The notes below the pieces were generated by a model. The model worked only from the letters and a program-made list of their open reading frames with translations. It was not told the DNA's origin and did no database searches. A program made the translations under genes and the position numbers. 64,000 nt of DNA from an uncultured Gemmatimonadales bacterium. Lineage in GTDB: Bacteria; Gemmatimonadota; Gemmatimonadetes; Gemmatimonadales; Gemmatimonadaceae. Positions 1 through 10,154 of this stretch are shown one piece after another. Each line of letters begins with the position of its first letter. Positions within the stretch are counted from its first letter, which is position 1. The stretch covers positions 3,872,001-3,936,000 of the forward strand of contig OY969695.1 of assembly GCA_963701965.1 (NCBI GenBank), in the 5' to 3' direction.

Positions 1-501
1 GCGTTTACGCGGCAGTGGTGATTGCGTGGCCGCCAGCATGGCGCACGCGCCGCCCAGTGGGCCGGGCAGGCGCGCCAGCGCCGCCGGCAGGCCCGTCGCG
101 CGCAGCGCGCGCGCCAACCACAGCACGGGGGCCAACAGCCACCGCGTCGCGAAGATGCGCAGGACGATGCGCCCAATCACGGGCACGGGCCGCACCGGCG
201 CCAGCGTGGCGCGCGTCGCCTCCAACAGCTCACCGTAGGGCACACCGGACGGACACGCGGTCTCGCACGCCCGGCAGCCCAGGCACCGATCGATGTGCGT
301 GCCAACCGACGGGTCGGTCACGTCGAGCGTGCCCTCGACCAGGGCCCGCATGAGCACGATCCGCCCGCGCGGGCTGTCATTCTCATCGCCGAGCGCGAGA
401 TACGTCGGGCACGCTTGGAGGCAAAAGCCGCAGTGCACACAGGCATCCAGCCCATGCTTGGCCATGGCCAGCGGCGACTCGTCGATCGTCACGTGCCGCA
501 T
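1..501 (-). CDS. glcF: Glycolate oxidase iron-sulfur subunit GlcF-like (5' part; runs off the window)
   Basis: Manual minus-strand translation from ATG 501: MRHVTIDESPL...CVHCGFCLQACPTY...SPRGRI...CLGCRACETACPSGV, two 4Fe-4S motifs. Follows glcD and glcE. Absent from the ORF track. Confidence 0.88.
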   Translation of the reverse strand, partial: MRHVTIDESPLAMAKHGLDACVHCGFCLQACPTYLALGDENDSPRGRIVLMRALVEGTLDVTDPSVGTHIDRCLGCRACETACPSGVPYGELLEATRATLAPVRPVPVIGRIVLRIFATRWLLAPVLWLARALRATGLPAALARLPGPLGGACAMLAATQSPLPRKR

Positions 502-1604
502 ATCCCGGGGTTGAGCACGCGGCCGGGGTCGAACACGGCCCGGAGATCGCGCCCGAGCCGGTCACGCACCCGCTGCTCAGGCGTCACCCGCGACGCCAGT
601 GCGGTCCAAGCCGCCGCCGGCAACCGCTCGCCGATCAGCGTTCCACTCGCGTTGAAGGCCGGCAGCCCGTCCCCGGACATTGCGATGGCGCGCACGACCC
701 CGCGTCCCGGCGTGGCGTGCACCATCCCGCCCGGGCGGTTCACGATGTCCCACAGCGCGCCCAGTTGGGTGGGCAGATCCGAGAGCCGGTAGACCACGGG
801 GCTGTTGGCGTCGGCGGCGCGCAGCGCCCGCCACGTGTCGGTCGGCACCGCGAGCCCGTCGGCCACGCGCTCCCGCTGCGCGACGACCGATCGCGCGGTG
901 CCGGCGAGTCGCACGAGCACGGCCCCGGCCGGCGTGTCGAGACCCAGGCGCCGCGCCAACGCCGCATTGACGACTTCGAGCGCGATCGGCGCGATCGGGG
1001 CGGCGGCGAGCCGCTCGAGGGCGGCGCGCACGGCATCGCCCGTCGCCTCCAGCGGGATCGCGACGGTCGTGTCGACCTCGGGGCGCGCATGCAACCGCAC
1101 CGTGACCTCGGTGATGACGCCGAGCGTGCCCCACGCCCCGGTATGGAGCCGCGTCAAGTCGAACCCGGCGACGTTTTTCACGACCTGGCCGCCGCCACGC
1201 ACGACGGCGCCGGTCCCCGTGACGACCTCCACGCCCAGTACGAGATCGCGGGGCCGGCCGTAGGCGTGAGACAGCGGCCCGCAGGCGGCACAGGCCACCG
1301 TGGCGCCGATCGTCCCGGCATCACTCCCATGGGGATCGAGCGCCAGCCACTGCCCCTCAGCCGCCGTTGCCGTCGCGATCTCGCCCAGCGTCGTCCCCGC
1401 GCGCGCGGTCAGCGTCAGATCGCCGGGCGTATACGCCACGATGCCGCGCCATCCGGCGAGATCGACGACGCGTTCGGCGTCGACCGGTCGCCCCGCGTCG
1501 AGCCACGTGCCCGCGCCCGCGATACGGAGGGGCGCGCCCTCGCGCACGACCTCGCACAGCTCGCGCAGGTCGGCGATCGCCGCCAGGCCGCCCTCAACGC
1601 TCAC
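489..1604 (-). CDS. glcE: Glycolate oxidase FAD-binding subunit GlcE-like
   Basis: VVKNVAGFDL and GAWGTLGVI motifs, C-terminal FDPGRVLNPG. GTG at 1604 overlaps the glcD end. Confidence 0.85.
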   Translation of the reverse strand: MSVEGGLAAIADLRELCEVVREGAPLRIAGAGTWLDAGRPVDAERVVDLAGWRGIVAYTPGDLTLTARAGTTLGEIATATAAEGQWLALDPHGSDAGTIGATVACAACGPLSHAYGRPRDLVLGVEVVTGTGAVVRGGGQVVKNVAGFDLTRLHTGAWGTLGVITEVTVRLHARPEVDTTVAIPLEATGDAVRAALERLAAAPIAPIALEVVNAALARRLGLDTPAGAVLVRLAGTARSVVAQRERVADGLAVPTDTWRALRAADANSPVVYRLSDLPTQLGALWDIVNRPGGMVHATPGRGVVRAIAMSGDGLPAFNASGTLIGERLPAAAWTALASRVTPEQRVRDRLGRDLRAVFDPGRVLNPGICGT

Positions 1605-3007
1605 GGCAATACCGCACCGGAACAACCTTCCCGGGATTCGCCCGCCGGCCGGGATCGAACACGCCGCGCAACGCGCACTGCGCGGCGAGCGAGGCCTCGG
1701 AGAAGATCGACTCCATGTACTCGAGCTTGTCGAGGCCGACCCCATGCTCCCCGGTAATCGTGCCCCCGGCTTCGACACACACCCTCATGATCTCGCGCAT
1801 CGCCAGCTGCACGCGCGCGGTTTCGTCCGGATCCGCTCCGTGATACGGAATGTTGGGGTGCAGATTGCCGTCGCCGGCGTGAAACACGTTGCAGACGGTG
1901 ACGCGGTGCCGCGTCCCGATCTCCCGGATCGCCGCCAGCACGCGCGGCAAAGCCGTGCGCGGCACCACGGCGTCCTGCACCACGAGGTGCGAGCCGACGC
2001 GACCCATGGCGCCGAACGCTTTCTTGCGCCCCTGCCACAAGCGCGCCCGCTCGGCGGGGTCGGACGCGATGCGCACGGTGCGCGCCCCGTGCGCGGCGCA
2101 GACGGCGCGGACGGTCTCGGCGTCCTCGTCCAGTCCCACGGCGAGTCCGTCCAGCTCCGCCAGCAGAGATGGCATCGGCGTCGACGGGATAGCCGGCGGC
2201 ATAGATCGACGCCTCGACCGCGCGAATCGTCGGGCCGTCCATCATCTCCAGGGCGGCCGGCACGATGCCCGACGCAATGATCGCCAATGTGGCCCGCGCC
2301 GCGTCGTCGAGCGACAGAAAATCGGCCAACAGCGTGCGTACGGCTGGCGGGTCGGGGGTGAGCCGCACGGTCACATCCAACGCGACGCCGAAGCAGCCCT
2401 CCGACCCGACGAACGCGCCGAGGAGATCGTACCCATCGCTTTCACCGGCGGCGTTTCCCAGCGTCACGATCTCGCCGTCCGGCAACACGACCGTCAGGGC
2501 GAGGACGTGATTGAGCGTCACACCGTACTTGAGGCAGTGCGGCCCGCCCGCGTTTTCGGCCACGTTGCCGCCGATCGTGCAGGCGGCCTGACTCGATGGG
2601 TCAGGCGCGTAGTGCAGGCCGAACGGGGCCGCCGCGCGCGACAACGACGCGTTCACCACGCCCGGCTCGACGACGGCCCGCCGGTTGGGCGCGTCGATCG
2701 ACACGATGCGGGTCAGACGATTGAGCCCCAGCAGCACGACGCCGTTGGCCAAGGCGCCGCCGGACAGTCCCGTCCCCGCGCCGCGCGGGACGTACGGCAC
2801 CTGGGCGGCGGCCAGCGCGCGGACGACGGCGATGACGTCGGCGCGCGTCTCGGGGAACACGGCCAGCGAGGGCTGCTGGCGATAGCCGGGCAGACCATCG
2901 GACGTGTAGACGAGGAGCTCCGCCGGGCGCCGGCGGATCCCCCGGTCGCCGACGATGGAGACCAGCGTGTCGTACAGCGCCTGCTCAGGCGCTGGGGTGC
3001 GGCCCAT
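1594..3007 (-). CDS. glcD: Glycolate oxidase subunit GlcD-like FAD-linked oxidase, +1 frameshift near 2167
   Basis: N-part (RGAGTGLSGG, PDPSSQAACTIGGNVAENAGGPHCLKYG) is in ORF 1601..3193. C-part (HAGDGNLH, ITGEHGVG) is in ORF 1594..2202. Removing one base at 2167-2168 joins them. Confidence 0.88.
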
Positions 3008-3650
3008 GCCCGTTGGATTTCGCCCGCACGTGCACGGTCGCCCGACGCTCCAGCGAGTCGACGGCCGGCGACAGCAGCAGCTCAATGTCGCGGAGTCGCT
3101 CGCCGGGCGAGCGGGAGGCCAGCAAGCGTTGTCGCGCCGGCGCGTCCATGTCGATGAGCGCCGCCACCGCGAACGCCAGCAGCGCGGCGTCATCGGGCAG
3201 CGCGGGCAACGCGTCCGGATCGTCGGCCAGCGTGCGCGCGGCGGTCCCGACGCGCTCGAACAGCTCGCGCACGCGGGCGGCGCCCGGCGCCAGCGTCAAC
3301 GGCGGCTCGTCGGCATCGACGTAGGTGGATGCCTCGGCCACGTGGTACGGGCGCGGGCTCTCCACGTACCGGTCCAGCGTGAAGCGCTCACCGCCTCGCA
3401 CCAGGACATTGGAACGGCCATCGGGCAGGAGCTCCGTGCTCTCGACCAACGCGATGCATCCGACGTGTCCGGCCGGCAGATCGCGCTCGGCCACGCCGTC
3501 GGGTCGGAACACAATGCCAAACTCGCGGTCGCCTTCCAGGCAGTCGGCGAGCATCACCCGGTACCGCGGCTCGAAAATGTGGAGCGGCAGCGGCGCGCCC
3601 GGAAACAAGACCAGCGGGAGCGGAAACAGCGGGAGCCGGCGCATGGTCAC
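2985..3650 (-). CDS. Lon peptidase substrate-binding (N-terminal) domain protein
   Basis: LPLFPLPLVLFPG..LPLHIFEPRY signature; no ATPase or protease domain. Confidence 0.88.
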   Translation of the reverse strand: MTMRRLPLFPLPLVLFPGAPLPLHIFEPRYRVMLADCLEGDREFGIVFRPDGVAERDLPAGHVGCIALVESTELLPDGRSNVLVRGGERFTLDRYVESPRPYHVAEASTYVDADEPPLTLAPGAARVRELFERVGTAARTLADDPDALPALPDDAALLAFAVAALIDMDAPARQRLLASRSPGERLRDIELLLSPAVDSLERRATVHVRAKSNGHGPHPSA

Positions 3651-3666
3651 CCCCCAAATCTACTGC

Positions 3667-6600
3667 TCACGTCGCCGAAACCGGTAATGAGACGGTCGCC
3701 TTGCGTTCGAGCTTTCCCCACCCGACGACCCGACCTTGGACGGCCGCCTTGAATGAGCGTACGACGACCCAGTACATGAGCTGCCGATACACGAATCGCT
3801 GGATGAAGATGAGCCAGGTGAGCGCCTTGTCCTCGCCCGGCTCCATCAAGAACGCGATCATCGCCCCGAGCCAATCCGCCAACAGGAATACCGCGTAATA
3901 CGTGAGCACCTGCTCGAGACTGGTCAATGCATAGGTCGCGCCGTGTGCATACCGCGTCTGCGCGATCGACACGAGGCTCCAGACGAACATGAGGTCGGCG
4001 AGCGGGGAGAGCGCGGGAAGCAGGAGCTGAAAGAGCCAGACGTTGGGGAGCGCGGCCCAGCCGAGTGAGCCGTAGCGCCACCGGAAGAGCGTGTCGCGGT
4101 GCTTCCAGGCGCATTGCAAGGTGCCGAACGACCAGCGGAATCGTTGGCGCGTCAGCGTCTTGAGGGTGTCCGGCGCTTCGGTGTATCCGATCGCGCCGTC
4201 GGCGTACGCGATGGAGCTGCCCGTGCGCCGGATCCGCAGCGTCAGATCCTGGTCCTCGGCCAACGTGTCATTCTGGAACCCACCGACTTCCTGTACCAGG
4301 GAGCGGCGCCAGGCGCCGACCGCTCCGGGCACCACGGTGATGCCGTTGAGCAACGAGAACGCGCGCCGGTCGAGGTTCTGGCTGGTGACGTACTCCAGCG
4401 CCTGCCAGCGGGTGATGAGGTTGACCCGATTGCCGACTTTGGCATTTCCGGCCACGGCGCCGACGGCGGGATCGGCGAGCGGCTGCACCAGCTCGGCCAC
4501 CGTGTCCGGCGCGAAGAGCGTGTCGGCGTCGAGGCCGATCACGATGTCGTGCGTGGCGCGCTCCAGGCCGTAGTTGAGCGCGCTGGCCTTGCCGCCGTTC
4601 TCCTTCCGAAAGACCCGCACGTTGGGCGCGGCCACGAACGCGTCGCGCGCGATCCGGTACGTGCCATCGGCCGAGCCATCGTCGACGACGATGACCTCGA
4701 CCGGGCCGCGGTACTCCTGGGCCAGGAGACTCTCGATGGTGCCCAAAATCACTTTGCCTTCGTTGAAGGCGGGGACGATCACGCTGACGCCCGGCGCGAA
4801 CGGCACCGGCGCGCCGCGTTCCTGGTGGGCGCGCAGGCGTTGCAGGATCGCCAACACGCCGATGATGCAGAGGCGCGCCAGTCCCAGGACCACGGCCACC
4901 ATGAAGACCCAGTACAAGACCGTCTCGATGACGCCGTACACGCCGAGCCCGATCAGGCTCAATTTGCGCGTCGCTTCATCGACGGGCGGCAGCGGGGGCA
5001 TGGCTTCGGAACGCGGGATCCCGACGAGCTCGGAGACCAACACCAGCGTGTCGCCACGGGCCCGCAGCGAATCAATGATCGGCCCCAGCGCGGCCACGGT
5101 CCGCGTGCGGTCGCCACCGCCGTCATGCAGCAGCACAATGTTGCCGCTGTCGCGCGCCGCGATCACGTTGTGCACGATCTGCTTGACGGTGATGGGCGTC
5201 CAGTCTTCGGCGTCGTCGCGCAGCCCGATCGTGAGGTAGCGTTTGCGCGTGGCGATCGCCACGGCGTCCAGCTCGTCGTTCGTGGTCGGTGTCGCATCCC
5301 CGAAGTACGGCGGCCGGAAGAAGGCGGTCCCATGGTCCAGCACCAACTGGATGATGTGTTCGTTGAGGTCAATCTCGACCGCGGTGCGCCGGGGTCCCAC
5401 CAGGGCCAGGTTGGGGTGCGTCATCGTGTGGTTGCCGATCTCGTGTCCCTCGCGGTACTCGCGCCGGAGCAGCGGGATGTGCGGCAGGATGTTGTCGCCG
5501 ATCACGAAGAACGTCGCCGGCGCGTGATACGCCAGCAACGTGTCGAGGAGGAGCGGCGTCCACGTTCCGTCCGGCCCGTCGTCGAAGGTCAAGGCCACCC
5601 GGTGCTCCGAGTACCCGTAGCGATCGACGACGTAAGGGTGGGGATAGACGGAAATCGAGTCGGCCGTCACCATCCCGGAGCGGGCGTCGACGCGCAGCGT
5701 CCGTTCGCCGGACGTGGGCTGTTGCTGGATGTGCAGGATCTCGCCACCGTTTTCATGGGGCGCCAGCGAGTCTTCGATGAACTCGACGTCGTAGCCCGAG
5801 GGCACATCGCGGAGACTGTCCGGCGGGGCGTACAGGCCCTGGCGCCCCAGGACGTTCCACAGCGACGGATCCTCTTCGCCCAGCCGCCAGAATGCCCGTG
5901 CCCGCGGCCCCCAACTGCTGGCCGATCCGCAGCTGGTTGAAGGCGGTCGCCCCGTCGAGGTACCAGATCACGTGGTCCGTCGAGTCGGGTTCGGTCCACT
6001 CCACGTAGGGGTTGAGCGAGACCGAGTCGAAGTGCGTCGTCACGTGGTTGATGCGCGCCGCCGCCATCACCTGCTGAAACGTCACGACTTCGCCGGAGTG
6101 CGTGGTGTCCGGGTCGTCGTTCCAGTCGTATCCGTAGTTGCCGATCATGAGCAGCGTCTTGGCCGGCGGCACCACCGAGAGGATGGCGCGCGCGCGCTGC
6201 TCGTAGAACGACTGGCTGGCGATGGGCCCCGGGTCGCCGCGCCCGAAATGCTCATCGAACAACATCGCGAAGAGGTAGTCGTCCACGGCGGCGAGTCGCC
6301 GCAGCAGTTTGGGCTCGGCCTCGGCATGTACGGTCTGCGTGACGAGGCGCTTGTAGGGCGCCAGCGCGGCGTGCATCTCGCTCGTGAACTTGACGAGGGA
6401 GTCCTGCAGCTTCTCGGGAACGTCCTCGAAGTCGATCGTCACGCCGGCCAGCGAGTCTTCGAGGACCACGTTGCGGAGCTGGTTGATGACCCGCGCGCGC
6501 GCCGCGGCGTTGGACAGCATCGCGCGGACGGCGGGCACGCTGAAACCGCGCGTCGCGCTGTCGAAGTTGCTCACCTGAATGAAGAACGCCGGTGGCGCCT

Positions 6601-7108
6601 GGGCCCGGATCTGGCGCGCGATGTCGAAGACCCGGCGGTCGACCGTCAACCGCACGGAGTCGCCGCCGTGCGACAGAAACGACCACTCGCCCACGACCCA
6701 ATCCAAGCTGTTGATGTGCTTGTTGAGCGAGGCCCGTGAGTTGTCGGTCCAATTCACGTAGAAGCCGACGACGATCGGGTCGTCCGGGCCGCGCGGGCGG
6801 GCGTTGAGCCGGCCGCCGCCGGCGGGGATCAAGGACGCCTTGCGCGCCGGTGGCGCGCGGCGAAAGACCTGGGCCAGGCGATGCCGGAACGCGTTGCGTT
6901 CGCGCTGCCCCGGCGTGACGGGGAAGGGCTCGATGTGCTCGACCTTGAGCGCGGGTGCGATCGGGGGCGTCAAGATCCCGATGGCGAAGATGAGCCCGAT
7001 GACGGTCGCGATCGCGCCGATCATGATCCAAAAGCGCCGCCAGCCGCGCGCCCGGCGGCCGTAGGGGTCGAGAAAGACGGGCTTAACAGAACCGGAATCG
7101 GGCATCAT
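3667..7108 (-). CDS. Three-domain GH18-like / polysaccharide deacetylase (CE4) / processive GT2 glycosyltransferase, +1 frameshift near 5891
   Basis: GH18-like GVTIDFE in ORF 5753..7108. CE4 motifs TFDDGP, HTMTH, FRPPY, LLHD and GT2 motifs DDGS, DADT, LAED, QRFRW in ORF 3667..5805. Removing one T at 5891-5892 restores GIWRLGEEDP and a single frame. Confidence 0.87.
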
Positions 7109-7129
7109 CGCGCCCGAAAGATGAGGGGG

Positions 7130-7146
7130 GTGGCGTATTACGCCAC
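7130..7146. promoter_or_regulatory. Perfect 8-1-8 palindrome GTGGCGTA-T-TACGCCAC, candidate operator
   Basis: Read directly in the 45-bp gap upstream of the GH18/CE4/GT2 gene. Confidence 0.5.
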
Positions 7147-7153
7147 AAGATCT

Positions 7154-7549
7154 CTACGCGAGTGGCACCCGGCTCCGCATCAGTGCGCGGAGGGCCGCCA
7201 ACTCGAACGGCTTTTGTAGGACGGGGCACGCCGTGCGCCGGACGAAGTCGGCGGCATCGGTCGACACGACGTCGCCGGTCGCCACCACGAGGCGGGACAG
7301 CAGAGCCGGCCGTGACAGCCGGAGATACTCGTGGAGCTCGACGCCCGAGCACCCGGGCATGCGGAGATCGCAGATGATGAGATCGAACTCGGCCGCGGGG
7401 GTGCCGACATCCTTCGTCCCGCGACCCACGAGACGGTCGATGGCCGCCCGGCCATCATCGGCCAGCTCGACCTCCCACCCTTCGCGCTCGAAGAACCGCT
7501 GGAGCGCGAGCCGAATGGAACGCTCGTCGTCAACTACCAGAGCACGCAC
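7154..7549 (-). CDS. Single-domain response regulator (CheY-like receiver)
   Basis: LVVDDE, ICDLRMPG..G and KPF motifs. Confidence 0.88.
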   Translation of the reverse strand: MRALVVDDERSIRLALQRFFEREGWEVELADDGRAAIDRLVGRGTKDVGTPAAEFDLIICDLRMPGCSGVELHEYLRLSRPALLSRLVVATGDVVSTDAADFVRRTACPVLQKPFELAALRALMRSRVPLA

Positions 7550-7558
7550 CGCGTCCGC

Positions 7559-8452
7559 TCAGGCCGCGTTCCAGAAACCGGCCAAGGCCGACCCGTCCGG
7601 TGACTCGCGGAGCTTCTCGAACGCCCGCTCGCGGATCTGCCGGATGCGCTCGCGGGTCACTCCCAGCAGCGCGCCGATCTTCTCCAACGTCATGGCCTCG
7701 GACCCTTCCTCGAGCCCATAATAGAGACTCAGGATTTTGCGCTCGCGCGCCGTCAGGTATTTGCGAAACACGCGATCGATGAACTCATGCATGAGCGAGC
7801 AATCGGTCGAATCCTCGATCTCGGCGCCATCGATGCCCGCGAACCGTTCGCCCAGTGTCGACGCCTCACGGTCCGACCGATCGATGGGCGCGTCGAGCGA
7901 GACTTCGGTCGACGACATTTGCTTCGCCGCCCGGACCACCTCCGGCGATTCTTCGATGAGGCGGCCGATCTCGTAGTCGGTGGGATCGCGCCGCAACACT
8001 TGCGCCAACATCGTCTCGGCGCGCGCCAACTTGATCAGTTGCGAATTTTGATTGAGCGGGATGCGGACCGATCGCGTCTGCTCGGCGAGCGCCTTGAGCA
8101 CCGCTTGCCGCACCCACCACACGGCGTAGGAGATGAACTTCACGCCTTGATCGGGATCGAACTTGCGCACGGCCTTGAGCAACCCTTCGTTCCCGATCGC
8201 CACCAGCTCGCTCAGATCGAGCCCGTGACCCTGATACTTCTTCACGTACGAGATCACGAATCGGAGATTGGCGGTCACCAGCCGCTCGGCCGCCTGGGTA
8301 TCACCGCGTTGCGCGCGCCGGGCCAGGCGCCGCTCTTCCTCCACTTCCCGTATCAAGGGAAGCTTTTGTATGTCGAGGAGATACTGATCGAAAGCACTGG
8401 ACGGGGAATTGCGAAAGAACCCTTTCGTTCTGCTTTCGGTCAGTTGCTGCAT
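7559..8452 (-). CDS. RNA polymerase sigma-70 factor, RpoD/RpoS family, lacking region 1.1
   Basis: ANLRFV, GNEGLLKAVRKFDP, KFISYAVWW, RSVRIP, and region-4 TLEKIG..LGVTRERIRQI. Confidence 0.93.
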   Translation of the reverse strand: MQQLTESRTKGFFRNSPSSAFDQYLLDIQKLPLIREVEEERRLARRAQRGDTQAAERLVTANLRFVISYVKKYQGHGLDLSELVAIGNEGLLKAVRKFDPDQGVKFISYAVWWVRQAVLKALAEQTRSVRIPLNQNSQLIKLARAETMLAQVLRRDPTDYEIGRLIEESPEVVRAAKQMSSTEVSLDAPIDRSDREASTLGERFAGIDGAEIEDSTDCSLMHEFIDRVFRKYLTARERKILSLYYGLEEGSEAMTLEKIGALLGVTRERIRQIRERAFEKLRESPDGSALAGFWNAA

Positions 8453-8539
8453 ACCCGAGCCCCTGGCTGGTCACGGAAAAACGCGGAAAGGCCGGGGCCC
8501 ACTGTAATAACGTGAACAGATGAGGTCAACAGCCACGAA

Positions 8540-9598
8540 TCATGCCGGCTCGGCGAGTGCGGCCAACGCCTCCGCGTCGGAGACCGAAACCGCCCACGTC
8601 GTATCGACATTGGCCATCCGTCCCAACGCCGAGGGCAGGGCGTACTCCACGCGATCGCGCCGGACTTTCTTATCACTATGCGTCAGTGCGATCACGCGTT
8701 CGGCGGGCAGCGTCCGCGGGACGGTGACGGGCAACTGCGCGTGCTGCAAGGCGATCCGCACCCGTGCCTCGGTCCCCGGTTCGGCGACGCCGAGGCGCTC
8801 GGCTAACCGGCTCTCGGCTACCATCCCGATCGCCACGGCCTCGCCATGTAACAACGCGAAACCGCTGAGCGTTTCCACGGCGTGGCCGATCGTGTGCCCG
8901 AAGTTCAAGATCTTGCGCACGCCGCCCTCGCGTTCGTCGCGCGCGACGACCGCGGACTTGATGGCAATGCTGCCTGCGATGAGCGCGAGCATTTCGTCGC
9001 TGGTGGGGTGGGGGAGCGCGGCGACCGTCCGCTCGAAATACCCGGCATCGGCGATCACGCCGTGTTTGATGGCCTCCGCGAACCCGGCGCGCAGCACGCG
9101 CGGCGGCAGCGTGCCGAGGACACCGGGATCAATGATCACCGCCGCCGGTTGATGGAACGCGCCCACCAGGTTCTTGCCCGCGGGGGTGTCCACCCCGGTC
9201 TTCCCGCCAATGGCGGCGTCGATCATCGCCAGCAACGTCGTCGGCACCTGGACGACGGGCACGCCTCTCATGTAGGTCGCGGCGACGAACCCGGCGAGAT
9301 CGCCGATCACGCCGCCGCCGAGCGCGACCACCGTCGAGTCGCGCGCGTATCCGCGGGCCAGCATCTCATCGCTGAGGGACGCCCAGGTCGCGCGCGTCTT
9401 GTGCGTCTCCCCGGCCGGCACCGTGAGCACCGGGACGCCGTCGGCGAACGACGCCGCCGCCCGCGCGGCGTATAGCGGCCCCACGATGGCATCGGTGATG
9501 ATCACGTAGCGATGCGCCGGCGCGGCGCGCGACACGCGGGGCCCCAGCGTGTCGAGACTCCCCACCGCGATGGTGAGGCCGGGGACGCCGCCTACCAC
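8540..9598 (-). CDS. aroB: 3-dehydroquinate synthase
   Basis: LGGGVIGDLAGF, PTTLLA, GGKTG, LNFGHTIGH, HGEAV. GTG start chosen because it overlaps the upstream stop. Confidence 0.95.
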   Translation of the reverse strand: MVGGVPGLTIAVGSLDTLGPRVSRAAPAHRYVIITDAIVGPLYAARAAASFADGVPVLTVPAGETHKTRATWASLSDEMLARGYARDSTVVALGGGVIGDLAGFVAATYMRGVPVVQVPTTLLAMIDAAIGGKTGVDTPAGKNLVGAFHQPAAVIIDPGVLGTLPPRVLRAGFAEAIKHGVIADAGYFERTVAALPHPTSDEMLALIAGSIAIKSAVVARDEREGGVRKILNFGHTIGHAVETLSGFALLHGEAVAIGMVAESRLAERLGVAEPGTEARVRIALQHAQLPVTVPRTLPAERVIALTHSDKKVRRDRVEYALPSALGRMANVDTTWAVSVSDAEALAALAEPA

Positions 9599-10137
9599 GT
9601 GACTTCGCCGGCGCCGGCGCGCCGGTTGGCGACGCGCGCCAGCACGAAGAGCAGATCGGACAGGCGATTGAGATAGATGGTGACCAGCGGCGGCAGATCC
9701 GTCGTGGCCTGGAGATGCACGACCCGCCGCTCGGCGCGCCGGCACACGGTGCGCGCCACGTGCAAGGCCGCGGCCTTGGGACTGCCGCCGGGCAGGATGA
9801 ACGCCCGTAGCGGCTCCAGCTCCTCCTCGCCCGCGTCGATGGCCCGTTCCAATTGCCCGATGCGCTCATCGTCAATGCGCGCCTTGGCGAGCTGCTCGCG
9901 CATCTTGTCGCGGTCCGGCGTGGCCAGGATGGCGCCGAGCCCGAAGAGATCCCGCTGAATCGGCACCAGCACTTCGTCGATCCGCGGCAAGGACTCCACG
10001 GCCCGCGCCATGCCAATGGCGGCGTTCAGCTCATCGACTTCCCCGTATGCTTCCACGCGGGGATCGTCCTTGGGCACGCGCCCGCCGCCGAACAACCCGG
10101 TGTCGCCGTCGTCCCCCGTGCGCGTATAGATCCGCAT
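9592..10137 (-). CDS. PduO-type cob(I)alamin adenosyltransferase
   Basis: IYTRTGDDGDT, EAYGEVDELN, FILPGG, RTVCRRAER, LNRLSD. Confidence 0.95.
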   Translation of the reverse strand: MRIYTRTGDDGDTGLFGGGRVPKDDPRVEAYGEVDELNAAIGMARAVESLPRIDEVLVPIQRDLFGLGAILATPDRDKMREQLAKARIDDERIGQLERAIDAGEEELEPLRAFILPGGSPKAAALHVARTVCRRAERRVVHLQATTDLPPLVTIYLNRLSDLLFVLARVANRRAGAGEVTW

Positions 10138-10154
10138 CGGGGGAAGTTTAGCGG

